This document shows positions 43,101-58,825 of a DNA stretch of 64,000 nt, in pieces. Source of the DNA: the human T2T-CHM13v2.0 reference genome, Homo sapiens. The notes below the pieces were generated by a model. That model had not been told where the DNA came from and made no database searches. It saw nothing but the letters and a program-made list of their open reading frames with translations. The number at the start of each line of letters is the position of its first letter. Position 1 is the stretch's first letter. Location: the NCBI RefSeq assembly GCF_009914755.1, contig NC_060948.1. The stretch is one strand, 5' to 3'. The position numbers were made by a program, and so were the translations under genes.

Positions 43101-46100
43101 TGGACTCGTTTGGAATGGTCTAGTATGCAATGCAATCGACTGGCAGGGAATCAAAAGGAATGTAATCGAATGGATTGGACTGGAATGCAATGGACTCGAA
43201 TAGATTGGAAACGGAAAGCAAAGGAATGGAATGGAATAGTATGGAATGGAATGGAAAGGAATGGAGTGGAATAGACTAGAGTGGAATGGAATGGACTCGA
43301 AAGCAATGGACTGGAATGGAACTTTCTTGAATGGACTGGAATCAAACGGAATGGAATGCAATGCAATCAAATGGCATGGAATAAAATAGAATGAAAGAGA
43401 ATCAAATGGAATTGAATCGAATGGAATCGAATGGATTGGAAAGGAATAGAATGGAATGGAATGGAATTGACTCAAATGGAATGGACTAGAATGGAATGGA
43501 TTGGAATGGAAGGCAAAGGAATGGAATCTATTGGAATGGACTGTAATGGAATGGAATGGAAGGGATTGGAATGGACTCGAATGGAATGGACTGCAGTAGA
43601 AAGGATTCGAATGGAATGAAAAAGAATTGAATGGAATAGAACAGAATGGAATCAAATCGAATGAAATGGAATGGAATAGAAAGGAATGGAATGAAATGGA
43701 ATGGAAAGGATTCGAATGGAATGCAATCGAATGGAATGAAATCGAATGGAATGGAATCGAACGGAATGGAGTAAAATGGAAGAAAACTGGCAAGAAATGG
43801 AATCGAAATGAATGGAGTGTTATGGAACGGACTCAAAAGGAATTGAATGTAATAGAATGGAGTGGAGTGGACTCGAATATAATGGACTAGAATGGAATGA
43901 AATCACATGGAATGGGAACGAATGGAATGGAATGGAAAGGAATGGAATCGAATGGAAAGGAATCGAATGGAAGGGAATGAAATTGAATCAACAGGAATGG
44001 AAGGGAGTAGAATAGACGGTAATGGAATGGACTCGAATAGAATGGACACGAATGCTCAAATTGAATGGACTCGAATGGAATGGCAACGAAAGGAATGTCA
44101 TCGAATGGAATTGAATCGATTGGAATGAAATCACATAGAATGGAGTGGAATCAAATGGAATTGAATCGAAAGGAAAGGAAGCGAATGGACTGAAATGAAA
44201 TGGAATGGAATTGAATGGAAATTAATGCAATGGAATAGAATGGAACGAAATTTCACGGAATGGAATCAAACTGAATGGAATCAAATCAATGGAATATAAT
44301 CAAATGGAATGGAAAGGAATTGAATGGAGTAGATTGGATTGGATGGGATTGGAATGAAATGTACTGGAAAGGACTCGAATTTCATGAAACGGAATGGAAT
44401 GAATTGGAACGGAATGGACTCGAATGGAATGGAATGTCATGGAATGGCATCAAATGGAATGGAATCGAATGCGATGGAATGCTATGGAATGGAATGGAAT
44501 GCATTGGAATGGAATGTCCTCTAATGGAATGTATTCGAGTGGAATGGAATCGAATATAATGGAGTCTAATGAAATGGAATTGAAAGTAATGGGACCGAAT
44601 ACAATGGAATATACTGGAATGTAATGTAATGAACTCGAATGTAATTGACTGGAATGGAATGTACATGAATGGAATGTAATCGAATGGAAAGCAATCCAAT
44701 GGAATAGAATCTAATGCAATAAAATCGACTCAAATAGAGTAGAATGTACTGGAATGGAGTACAGTGCAATGGAATGGAATGGAATGGAATGCAATGGAAT
44801 GGAATGGAATGGAATGGGATGGAATGGTATGGAATGGATAGTAATGGACTGGAGTGAAATGGACTGGAAAAGAATGGACTCAAATTGAAAGGGCTCGAAA
44901 GGAATGGAGTCAAATGGAATGGTCTGGAATGGAATGAACACGAATGTAATGCAATCCAATAGAATGGAATCGAATGGCATGGAATATAAAGAAATGGAAT
45001 CGAAGAGAATGGAAACAAATGGAATGGAATTGAATGGAATGGAATTGAATGGAATGGGAACGAATGGAGTGAAATTGTATGCAGTAGAAGAGAATAGAAT
45101 GGAATGCAAGCGAAAGGAAAGGAATGGATTGGAATGGAATGGAATTCATTGGAATGGAAGGGAATGTAGTGTAATGGACAGGCCTGGAATAAAGTGGAAT
45201 GCTACGGTCTCGAATGGAATAAAAATGTATGGAATGGAATGCAATGAAACGGAATCGAATGTCATAGAATGTAATGGAATGCAAAAAAATGGACTCCAAA
45301 ATCATTGACTGGAAAGGCTGGGTGTCGAAAGGAATTGACTCCAATGGAATGGAATCGAATGGAATGGAAGTGAATAGAATCGAACTAAATCGAATGGAAT
45401 GGAATTGATAGGAACGGAATGGAAAGGAATGCAATGATTTGGCATGGAATGGAATCGAATGGCATCGAATGGAATGGAATGGAATGCAATGGAATGGAAT
45501 GTATTAGAATGTAATGAACTTTAATGGAATGTACTCGAATGGATTCGACTGGAATGGAATGTTCTGGAAGTGAATGGACTCCAATGGAATGGATTCGAAA
45601 GGAATGGAATCTAATGGAATGGAATTAAATGGAAATGAATCAAATTGAATAGAACGGAATTGAATTGAATGGAATCGAATGCAATGGAATCTAATGAAAC
45701 GGAAAGGAAAGGAATGGAATGGATTGGAATGGAATGGGCTGGAATGGAATGGAATCGAAACGAATGGAATGGAATCGAACTGAAGAGACTGGAATGGAAT
45801 GCACTGGAATGGAAGGGAATGTAATGGAAGGTTCTCGAAAAAAATGGAATCGAAAGGAATGGAATTGAATGGAACGGAATAGAGTCGAATGGAATTCAAT
45901 GGAATGGAATGGACTAGAGTGAAATGGAATCGAACCACAAGGAATGGACAGGAATAGAATGGTCTCGAATTGAATGGAATCGTATGGAATGGCATCAAAC
46001 GGAATGGAATGGACAGCCACGGAATGGAATGGACACCCACGGAATGGAATGCACTCGAATGCAATGGAGTCGACACTAATGGACTGGAATAGAATGGACT

Positions 46101-49100
46101 CGACTGGTACGGACTCCAATGGAATGGAATCGAATGGAAGGGAATCGAAAGGAATGGACTCGAAGGGAAAAGACTGCAATGGAAAGGTCTCGAATGGAAT
46201 GGAAATTAATGGAATGGAATGGAATCGAATGAAATGGAGTCAAAAGGAATGGAATCGAATGGCAAGAAATCGAATGTAATGGAATCGCAAGGAATTGATG
46301 TGAACGGAACGGAATGGAATGGAATCCAAAGGAATGGAATAGAATGGAATGGAATCGAATGGAAAGGACTCGAATGGAAATCACTCGAATAGAATGCAAT
46401 TTAATAAAATAGGATCAAATGTAATGGAATGGAACGGAAAGGAATCGAAACGAAAGGAATGGAGACAGATGGAATGGAATGGAACAGAGAGCAATGGTAT
46501 AGAATGGAATGGAATCATCTGGAATGGAATTGAATGGAATGGAATAATATGAAATGGAATGGAATGGAATGGAATGCCCTTGAATTAAATGGACTGGAAT
46601 GGAATGGACTCGAACAGAGTGGAATGGAAAGTGTTGAAATAGAATGGAATGGACTCGTTTGGAATGGTCTAGTATGCAATGCAATCGACTGGCAGGGAAT
46701 CAAAAGGAATGTAATCGAATGGATTGGACTGGAATGCAATGGACTCGAATAGATTGGAAACGGAAAGCAAAGGAATGGAATGGAATAGTATGGAATGGAA
46801 TGGAAAGGAATGGAGTGGAATAGACTAGAGTGGAATGGAATGGACTCGAAAGCAATGGACTGGAATGGAACTTTCTTGAATGGACTGGAATCAAACGGAA
46901 TGGAATGCAATGCAATCAAATGGCATGGAATAAAATAGAATGAAAGAGAATCAAATGGAATTGAATCGAATGGAATCGAATGGATTGGAAAGGAATAGAA
47001 TGGAATGGAATGGAATTGACTCAAATGGAATGGACTAGAATGGAATGGATTCGAATGGAAGGCAAAGGAATGGAATCTATTGGAATGGACTGTAATGGAA
47101 TGGAATGGAAGGGATTGGAATGGACTCGAATGGAATGGACTGCAGTAGAAAGGATTCGAATGGAATGAAAAAGAATTGAATGGAATAGAACAGAATGGAA
47201 TCAAATCGAATGAAATGGAATGGAATAGAAAGGAATGGAATGAAATGGAATGGAAAGGATTCGAATGGAATGCAATCGAATGGAATGAAATCGAATGGAA
47301 TGGAATCGAACGGAATGGAATAAAATGGAAGAAAACTGGCAAGAAATGGAATCGAAATGAATGGAGTGTTATGGAACGGACTCAAAAGGAATTGAATGTA
47401 ATAGAATGGAGTGGAGTGGACTCGAATATAATGGACTAGAATGGAATGAAATCACATGGAATGGGAACGAATGGAATGGAATGGAAAGGAATGGAATCGA
47501 ATGGAAAGGAATCGAATGGAAGGGAATGAAATTGAATCAACAGGAATGGAAGGGAGTAGAATAGACGGTAATGGAATGGACTCGAATAGAATGGACACGA
47601 ATGCTCAAATTGAATGGACTCGAATGGAATGGCAACGAAAGGAATGTCATCGAATGGAATTGAATCGATTGGAATGAAATCACATAGAATGGAGTGGAAT
47701 CAAATGGAATTGAATCGAAAGGAAAGGAAGCGAATGGACTGAAATGAAATGGAATGGAATTGAATGGAAATTAATGCAATGGAATAGAATGGAACGAAAT
47801 TTCACGGAATGGAATCAAACTGAATGGAATCAAATCAATGGAATATAATCAAATGGAATGGAAAGGAATTGAATGGAGTAGATTGGATTGGATGGGATTG
47901 GAATGAAATGTACTGGAAAGGACTCGAATTTCATGAAACGGAATGGAATGAATTGGAACGGAATGGACTCGAATGGAATGGAATGTCATGGAATGGCATC
48001 AAATGGAATGGAATCGAATGCGATGGAATGCTATGGAATGGAATGGAATGCATTGGAATGGAATGTCCTCTAATGGAATGTATTCGAGTGGAATGGAATC
48101 GAATATAATGGAGTCTAATGAAATGGAATTGAAAGGAATGGGACCGAATACAATGGAATATACTGGAATGTAATGTAATGAACTCGAATGTAATTGACTG
48201 GAATGGAATGTACATGAATGGAATGTAATCGAATGGAAAGCAATCCAATGGAATAGAATCTAATGCAATAAAATCGACTCAAATAGAGTAGAATGTAATG
48301 GAATGGAGTACAGTGCAATGGAATGGAATGGAATGGAATGCAATGGAATGGAATGGAATGGAATGGGATGGAATGGTATGGAATGGATAGTAATGGACTG
48401 GAGTGAAATGGACTGGAAAAGAATGGACTCAAATTGAAAGGGCTCGAAAGGAATGGAGTCAAATGGAATGGTCTGGAATGGAATGAACACGAATGTAATG
48501 CAATCCAATAGAATGGAATCGAATGGCATGGAATATAAAGAAATGGAATCGAAGAGAATGGAAACAAATGGAATGGAATTGAATGGAATGGAATTGAATG
48601 GAATGGGAACGAATGGAGTGAAATTGTATGCAGTAGAAGAGAATAGAATGGAATGCAAGCGAAAGGAAAGGAATGGATTGGAATGGAATGGAATTCATTG
48701 GAATGGAAGGGAATGTAGTGTAATGGACAGGCCTGGAATAAAGTGGAATGCTACGGTCTCGAATGGAATAAAAATGTATGGAATGGAATGCAATGAAACG
48801 GAATCGAATGTCATAGAATGTAATGGAATGCAAAAAAATGGACTCCAAAATCATTGACTGGAAAGGCTGGGTGTCGAAAGGAATTGACTCCAATGGAATG
48901 GAATCGAATGGAATGGAAGTGAATAGAATCGAACTAAATCGAATGGAATGGAATTGATAGGAACGGAATGGAAAGGAATGCAATGATTTGGCATGGAATG
49001 GAATCGAATGGCATCGAATGGAATGGAATGGAATGCAATGGAATGGAATGTATTAGAATGTAATGAACTTTAATGGAATGCACTCGAATGGATTCGACTG

Positions 49101-52100
49101 GAATGGAATGTTCTGGAAGTGAATGGACTCCAATGGAATGGATTCGAAAGGAATGGAATCTAATGGAATGGAATTAAATGGAAATGAATCAAATTGAATA
49201 GAACGGAATTGAATTGAATGGAATCGAATGCAATGGAATCTAATGAAACGGAAAGGAAAGGAATGGAATGGATTGGAATGGAATGGGCTGGAATGGAATG
49301 GAATCGAAACGAATGGAAAGGAATCGAACTGAAGAGACTGGAATGGAATGCACTGGAATGGAAGGGAATGTAATGGAAGGTTCTCGAAAAAAATGGAATC
49401 GAAAGGAATGGAATTGAATGGAACGGAATAGAGTCGAATGGAATTGAATGGAATGGAATGGACTAGAGTGAAATGGAATCGAACCACAAGGAATGGACAG
49501 GAATAGAATGGTCTCGAATTGAATGGAATCGTATGGAATGGCATCAAACGGAATGGAATGGACAGCCACGGAATGGAATGGACACCCACGGAATGGAATG
49601 CACTCGAATGCAATGGAGTCGACACTAATGGACTGGAATAGAATGGACTCGACTGGTACGGACTCCAATGGAATGGAATCGAATGGAAGGGAATCGAAAG
49701 GAATGGACTCGAAGGGAAAAGACTGCAATGGAAAGGTCTCGAATGGAATGGAAATTAATGGAATGGAATGGAATCAAATGAAATGGAGTCAAAAGGAATG
49801 GAATCGAATGGCAAGAAATCAAATGTAATGGAATCGCAAGGAATTGATGTGAACGGAACGGAATGGAATGGAATCCAAAGGAATGGAATAGAATGGAATG
49901 GAATCGAATGGAAAGGACTCGAATGGAAATCACTCGAATAGAATGCAATTTAATAAAATAGGATCAAATGTAATGGAATGGAACGGAAAGGAATCGAAAC
50001 GAAAGGAATGGAGACAGATGGAATGGAATGGAACAGAGAGCAATGGTATAGAATGGAATGGAATCATCTGGAATGGAATTGAATGGAATGGAATAATATG
50101 AAATGGAATGGAATGGAATGGAATGCCCTTGAATTAAATGGACTGGAATGGAATGGACTCGAACAGAGTGGAATGGAAAGTGTTGAAATAGAATGGAATG
50201 GACTCGTTTGGAATGGTCTAGTATGCAATGCAATCGACTGGCAGGGAATCAAAAGGAATGTAATCGAATGGATTGGACTGGAATGCAATGGACTCGAATA
50301 GATTGGAAACGGAAAGCAAAGGAATGGAATGGAATAGTATGGAATGGAATGGAAAGGAATGGAGTGGAATAGACTAGAGTGGAATGGAATGGACTGGAAA
50401 GCAATGGACTGGAATGGAACTTTCTTGAATGGACTGGAATCAAACGGAATGGAATGCAATGCAATCAAATGGCATGGAATAAAATAGAATGAAAGAGAAT
50501 CAAATGGAATTGAATCGAATGGAATCGAATGGATTGGAAAGGAATAGAATGGAATGGAATGGAATTGACTCAAATGGAATGGACTAGAATGGAATGGATT
50601 CGAATGGAAGGCAAAGGAATGGAATCTATTGGAATGGACTGTAATGGAATGGAATGGAAGGGATTGGAATGGACTCGAATGGAATGGACTGCAGTAGAAA
50701 GGATTCGAATGGAATGAAAAAGAATTGAATGGAATAGAACAGAATGGAATCAAATCGAATGAAATGGAATGGAATAGAAAGGAATGGAATGAAATGGAAT
50801 GCAAAGGATTCGAATGGAATGCAATCGAATGGAATGGAATCGAACGGAATGGAATAAAATGGAAGAAAACTGGCAAGAAATGGAATCGAAATGAATGGAG
50901 TGTTATGGAACGGACTCAAAAGGAATTGAATGTAATAGAATGGAGTGGAGTGGACTCGAATATAATGGACTGGAATGGAATGAAATCACATGGAATGGGA
51001 ACGAATGGAATGGAATGGAAAGGAATGGAATCGAATGGAAAGGAATCGAATGGAAGGGAATGAAATTGAATCAACAGGAATGGAAGGGAATAGAATAGAC
51101 GGTAATGGAATGGACTCGAATAGAATGGACACGAATGCTCAAATTGAATGGACTCGAATGGAATGGAAACGAAAGGAATGTCATCGAATGGAATTGAATC
51201 GATTGGAATGAAATTGCATAGAATGGAGTGGAATCAAATGGAATTGAATCGAAAGGAAAGGAAGCGAATGGACTGAAATGAAATGGAATGGAATTGAATG
51301 GAAAGTAATGCAATGGAATAGAATGGAACGAAATTTCACGGAATGGAATGAAACTGAATGGAATCAAATCAATGGAATCTAATCAAGTGGAATGGAAAGG
51401 AATTGAATGGAGTAGATTGGATTGGATGGGATTGGAATGAAATGTACTGGAAAGGACTCGAGTTTCATGAAACGGAATGGAATGAATTGGAACGGAATGG
51501 ACTCGAATGGAATGCAATGTCATGGAATGGCATCAAATGGAATGGCATCAAATGGAATGGAATCGAATGCAATGGAATGCTATGGAATGGAATGGAATGC
51601 ATTGGAATGGAATGTCCTCTAATGGAATGGATTCGAGTGGAATGGAATCGAATATAATGGAGTCGAATGAAATGGAATTGAAAGGAATGGGATCGAATAC
51701 AATGGAATATACTGGAATGTAATGTAATGAACTCGAATGTAATTGACTGGAATGGAATGTACATGAATGGAATGTAATCGAATGGAAAGTAATCCAATGG
51801 AATAGAATCTAATGCAATAAAATCGACTCAGATAGAGTAGAATGTAATGGAATGGAGTGCAGTGCAATGGAATGGAATGGAATGGAATGCAATGGAATGG
51901 AATGGAATGGAAAGGAATGGAATGGATTGGGATGGAATGGTATGGAATGGATAGTAATGGACTGGAGTGAAATGGACTGGAAATGAATGGACTCAAATTG
52001 AAAGGGCTCGAAAGGAATGGAGTCAAAAGGAATGGTCTGGAATGGAATGAACACGAATGTAATGCAATCCAATAGAATGGAATCGAATGGCATGGAATAT

Positions 52101-55100
52101 AAAGAAATGGAATCGAAGAGAATGGAAACAAATGGAATGGAATTGAATGGAATGGAATTGAATGGAATGGGAACGAATGGAGTGAAATTGTATGCAGTAG
52201 AAGAGAATAGAATGGAATGCAAGCGAAAGGAAAGGAATGGATTGGAATGGAATGGAATTCATTGGAATGGAAGGGAATGTAGTGTAATGGACAGGCCTGG
52301 AATAAAGTGGAATGCTACGGTCTCAAATGGAATAAAAATGTATGGAATGGAATGCAATGAAACGGAATCGAATGTCATAGAATGTAATGGAATGCAAAAA
52401 AATGGAATCCAAAATCATTGACTGGAAAGGCTGGGTGTCGAAAGGAATTGACTCCAATGGAATGGAATCGAATGGAATGGAAGTGAATAGAATCGAACTA
52501 AATCGAATGGAATGGAACTGATAGGAACGGAATGGAAAGGAATGCAATGATTTGGCATGGAATGGAATCGAATGGCATCGAATGGAATGGAATGGAATGC
52601 AATGGAATGGAATGTATTAGAATGTAATGAACTTTAATGGAATGTACTCGAAAGGATTTGACTGGAATGGAATCTTCTGGAAGTGAATGGACTCCAATGG
52701 AATGGATTCGAAAGGAATGGAATCGTACGGAATGGAATCTAATGGAATGGAATTAAATGGAAATGAATCAAATTGAATAGCACGGAATTGAATTGAATGT
52801 AATGGAATGCAATGGAATCTAATGAAACGGAAAGGAAAGGAATGCAATGGAATGGAATGGGCTGGAATGGAAAGGAATCGAAACGAATGGAATGGAATCG
52901 AACTGAAGAGACTGGAATGGAATGCACTGGAATGGAAGGGAGTGTAATGGAAGGTTCTCGAAAAAAATGGAATCGAATGGAATGGAATTGAGTGGAACGG
53001 AATAGAGTCGAATGCAGTTGAATGGAGTGGAATGGACTAGAGTGAAATGGAATCGAACCACAAGGAATGGACAGGAATAGAATGGTCTCGAATTGAATGG
53101 AATCGTATGGAATGGCATCAAACGGAATGGAATGGACAGCCACGGAATGGAATGCACTCGAATGCAATGGAGTCGACACTAATGGACTGGAATAGAATGG
53201 ACTCGACTGGTACGGACTCCAATGGAATGGAATCGAATGGAAGGGAATCGAACGGAATGGACTCGAAGGGAAAAGACTGCAATGGAACGGTCTCGAATGG
53301 AATGGAAATTAATGGAATGGAATAGAATCGAATGAAATGGAGTCAAAAGGAATGGAATCGAATGGCAAGAAATCGAATGTAATGGAATCGCAAGGAATTG
53401 ATGTGAACGGAACGGAATGGAATGGAATCCAAAGGAATGGAATAGAATGGAATGGAATCGAATGGAAAGGACTCGAATGGAAATCACTCGAATAGAATGC
53501 AATTTAATAAAATAGGATCAAATGTAATGGAATGGAATGGAAAGGAATCGAAACGAAAGGAATGGAGACAGATGGAATGGAATGGAACAGATAGCAATGG
53601 TATACAATGGAATGGAATCATCTGGAATGGAATTGAATGGAATGGAATAATATGAAATGGAATGGAATGGAATGGAATGGAATGCCCTTGAATTAAATGG
53701 ACTGGACTCGAACAGAGTGGAATGGAAAGTGTTGAGATAGAATGGAATGGACTCCTTTGGAATGGTCTAGTATGCAATGCAATCGACTGGCAGGGAATCA
53801 AAAGGAATGTAATGGAATGGATTGGACTGGAATGCAATGGACTCGAATAGATTGGAAACGGAATGCAAAGGAATGGAATGGAATAGTATGGAATGGAATG
53901 GAAAGGAATGGAGTGGAATAGACTAGAGTGGAATGGAATGGACTGGAAAAAAATGGACTGGAATGAAACTTTCTTGAATGGACTGGAATCAAACGGAATG
54001 GAATGCAATGCAATCAAATGGCATGGAATAAGATAGAATGAAAGAGAATCAAATGGAATTGAATCGAATGGAATCGAATGGATTGGAAAGGAAGAGAATG
54101 GAATGGAATGGAATTGACTCAAATGGAATGGACTAGAATGGAATGGATTCGAATGGAAGGCAAAGGAATGGAATCTATTGGAATGGACTGTAATGGAATG
54201 GAATGGAAGGGATTGGAATGGACTCAAATGGAATGGACTGCAATAGAAAGGATTCGAATGGAATGAAAAAGAATTGAATGGAATAGAACAGAATGGAATC
54301 AAATCGAATGAAATGGAATGGAATAGAAAGGAATGGAATGAAATGGAATGGAAAGGATTCGAATGGAATGCAATCGAATGGAATGGAATCGAACGGAATG
54401 GAATAAAATGGAAGAAAACTGGCAAGAAATGGAATCGAAATGAATGGAGTGTTATGGAACGGACTCAAAAGGAATTGAATGTAATAGAATGGAGTGGAGT
54501 GGACTCGAATATAATGGACTGGAATGGAATGAAATCACATGGAATGGGAACGAATGGAATGGAATGGAAAGGAATGGAATCGAATGTAAAGGAATCGAAC
54601 GGAAGGGAATGAAATTGAATCAACAGGAATGGAAGGGAATAGAATAGACTGTAATGGAATGGACACGAATAGAATGGACACGAATGCTCAAGTTGAATGG
54701 ACTCGAATGGAATGGAAAGGAAAGGAAAGTCAGCGAATGGAATTGAATCGATTGGAATGAAATCGCATAGAATGGAGTGGAATCAAATGGAATTGAATCG
54801 AAAGGAAAGGAAGCGAATGGACTGAAATGAAATGGAATGGAATTGAATGGAAAGTAATGCAATGGAATAGAATGGAACGAAATTTCACGGAATGGAATCA
54901 AACTGAATGGAATCAAATCAATGGAATCTAATCAAATGGAATGGAAAGGAATTGAATGGAGTATATTGGATTGGATGGGATTGGAATGAAATGTACTGGA
55001 AAGGACTCGAATTTCATGAAACGGAATGGAATGAATTGGAACGGAATGGACTCGAATGGAATGGAATGACATGGAATGGCATCAAATGGAATGGCATCAA

Positions 55101-58100
55101 ATGGAATGGAATCGAATACAATGGAATGCTATGGAATGGAATGGAATGCATTGGAATGGAATGTCCTCTAATGGAATGGATTCGAGTGGAATGGAATCGA
55201 ATATAATGGAGTCGAATGAAATGGAATTGAAAGGAATGGGATCGAATAGAATGGAATATACTGGAATGTAATGTAATGAACTCGAATGTAATTGACTGGA
55301 ATGGAATGTACATGAATGGAATGTAATCGAATGGAAAGTAATCCAATGGAATAGAATCTAATGCAATAAAATCGACTCAGATAGAGTAGAATGTAATGGA
55401 ATGGAGTGCAGTGCAATGGAATGGAATGGAATGGAATGCAATGGAATGGAATGGAATGGAATGGAATGGAATGGAATGGGATGGAATGGTATGGAATGGT
55501 ATGGAATGGATAGTAATGGACTGGAGTGAAATGGACTGGAAAGGAATGGACTCAAATTGAAAGGGCTCGAAAGGAATGGAGACAAATGAAATGGTCTGGA
55601 ATGGAATGAACACGAATGTAATGCAATCCAATAGAATGGAGTCGAATGGCATGGAATATAAAGAAATGGAATCGAAGAGAATGGAAACAAATGGAATGGA
55701 ATTGAATGGAATGGAATTGAATGGAATGGGAACGAATGGAGTGAAATTGTATGCAGTAGAAGAGAATAGAATGGAATGCAAGCGAAAGGAAAGGAATGGA
55801 TTGGAATGGAATGGAATTCATTGGAATGGAAGGGAATGTAGTGTAATGGACAGGCCTGGAATAAAGTGGAATGCTACGGTCTCGAATGGAATAAAAATGT
55901 ATGGAATGGAATGCAATGAAACGGAATCGAATGTCATAGAATGTAATGGAATGCAAAAAAATGGAATCCAAAATCATTGACTGGAAAGGCTGGGTGTCGA
56001 AAGGAATTGACTCCAATGGAATGGAATCGAATGGAATGGAAGTGAATAGAATCGAACTAAATCGAATGGAATGGAATTGATAGGAACGGAATGGAAAGGA
56101 ATGCAATGATTTGGCATGGAATGGAATCGAATGGCATCGAATGGAATGGAATGGAATGCAATGGAATGGAATGTATTAGAATGTAATGAACTTTAATGGA
56201 ATGTACTCGAATGGATTCGACTGGAATGGAATGTTCTGGAAGTGAATGGACTCCAATGGAATGGATTCAAAAGGAATGGAATCGTACGGAATGGAATCTA
56301 ATGGAATGGAATTAAATGGAAATGAATCAAATTGAATAGCACGGAATTGAATTGAATGGAATGGAATGCAATGGAATCTAATGAAACGGAAAGGAAAGGA
56401 ATGGAATGGAATGGAATGGGCTGGAATGGAAAGGAATCGAAACGAATGGAATAGAATCGAACTGAAGAGACTGGAATGGAATGCACTGGAATGGAAGGGA
56501 GTGTAATGGAAGGTTCTCGAAAAAAATGGAATCGAATGGAATGGAATTGAATGGAACGGAATAGAGTCGAATGGAATTGAATGGAATGGAATGGACTAGA
56601 GTGAAATGGAATCGAACCACAAGGAATGGACAGGAATAGAATGGTCTCGAATTGAATGGAATCGTATGGAATGGCATCAAACGGAATGGAATGGACAGCC
56701 ACGGAATGGAATGCACTCGAATGCAATGGAGTCGAAACTAATGGACTGGAATAGAATGGATTCGACTGGTACGGACTCCAATGGAATGGAATCGAATGGA
56801 AGGGAATCGAACGGAATGGACTCGAAGGGAAAAGACTGCAATGGAAAGGTCTCGAATGGAATGGAAATTAATGGAATGGAATGGAATCGAATGAAATGGA
56901 GTCAAAAGGAATGGAATCGAATGGCAAGAAATCAAATGTAATGGAATCGCAAGGAATTGATGTGAACGGAACGGAATGGAATGGAATCCAAAGGAATGGA
57001 ATAGAATGGAATGGAATCGAATGGAAAGGACTCGAATGGAAATCACTCGAATAGAATGCAATTTAATAAAATAGGATCAAATGTAATGGAATGGAATGGA
57101 AAGGAATCGAAACGGAAGGAATGGAGACCGATGGAATGGAATGGAACAGAGAGCAATGGTATAGAATGGAATGGAATCATCTGGAATGGAATTGAATGGA
57201 ATGGAATAATATGAAATGGAATGGAATGGAATGGAATGGAATGCCCTTGAATTAAATGGACTGGAATGGAATGGACTCGAACAGAGTGGAATGGAAAGTG
57301 TTGAGATAGAATGGAATGGACTCCTTTGGAATGGTGTAGTATGCAATGTAATCGACTGGCAGGGAATCAAAAGGAATGTAATGGAATGGATTGGACTGGA
57401 ATGCAATGGACTCGAATAGATTGGAAACGGAATGCAAAGGAATGGAATGGAATAGTATGGAATGGAATGGAAAGGAATGGAGTGGAATAGACTAGAGTGG
57501 AATGGAATGGACTGGAAAGCAATGGACTGGAATGGAACTTTCTTGAATGGACTGGAATCAAACGGAATGGAATGCAATGCAATCAAATGGCATGGAATAA
57601 AATAGAATGAAAGAGAATCAAATGGAATTGAATCGAATGGAATCGAATGGATTGGAAAGGAATAGAATGGAATGGAATGGAATTGACTCAAATGGAATGG
57701 ACTAGAATGGAATGGATTCGAATGGAAGGCAAAGGAATGGAATCTATTGGAATGGACTGTAATGGAATGGAATGGAAGGGATTGGAATGGACTCGAATGG
57801 AATGGACTGCAATAGAAAGGATTCGAATGGAATGAAAAAGAATTGAATGGAATAGAACAGAATGGAATCAAATCGAATGAAATGGAATGGAATAGAAAGG
57901 AATGGAATGAAATGGAATGGAAAGGATTCGAATGGAATGCAATCGAATGGAATGGAATCGAACGGAATGGAATAAAATGGAAGAAAACTGGCAAGAAATG
58001 GAATCGAAATGAATGGAGTGTTATGGAACGGACTCAAAAGGAATTGAATGTAATAGAATGGAGTGGAGTGGACTCGAATATAATGGACTGGAATGGAATG

Positions 58101-58825
58101 AAATCACATGGAATGGGAACGAATGGAATGGAATGGAAAGGAATGGAATCGAATGGAAAGGAATCGAACGGAAGGGAATGAAATTGAATCAACAGGAATG
58201 GAAGGGAATAGAATAGACTGTAATGGAATGGACACGAATAGAATGGACACGAATGCTCAAGTTGAATGGACTCGAATGGAATGGAAAGGAAAGGAAAGTC
58301 ATCGAATGGAATTGAATCGATTGGAATGAAATCGCATAGAATGGAGTGGAATCAAATGGAATTGAATCGAAAGGAAAGGAAGCGAATGGACTGAAATGAA
58401 ATGGAATGGAATTGAATGGAAAGTAATGCAATGGAATAGAATGGAACGAAATTTCACGGAATGGAATCAAACTGAATGGAATCAAATCAATGGAATCTAA
58501 TCAAATGGAATGGAAAGGAATTGAATGGAGTATATTGGATTGGATGGGATTGGAATGAAATGTACTGGAAAGGACTCGAATTTCATGAAACGGAATGGAA
58601 TGAATTGGAACGGAATGGACTCGAATGGAATGGAATGACATGGAATGGCATCAAATGGAATGGCATCAAATGGAATGGAATCGAATACAATGGAATGCTA
58701 TGGAATGGAATGGAATGCATTGGAATGGAATGTCCTCTAATGGAATGGATTCGAGTGGAATGGAATCGAATATAATGGAGTCGAATGAAATGGAATTGAA
58801 AGGAATGGGATCGAATAGAATGGAA

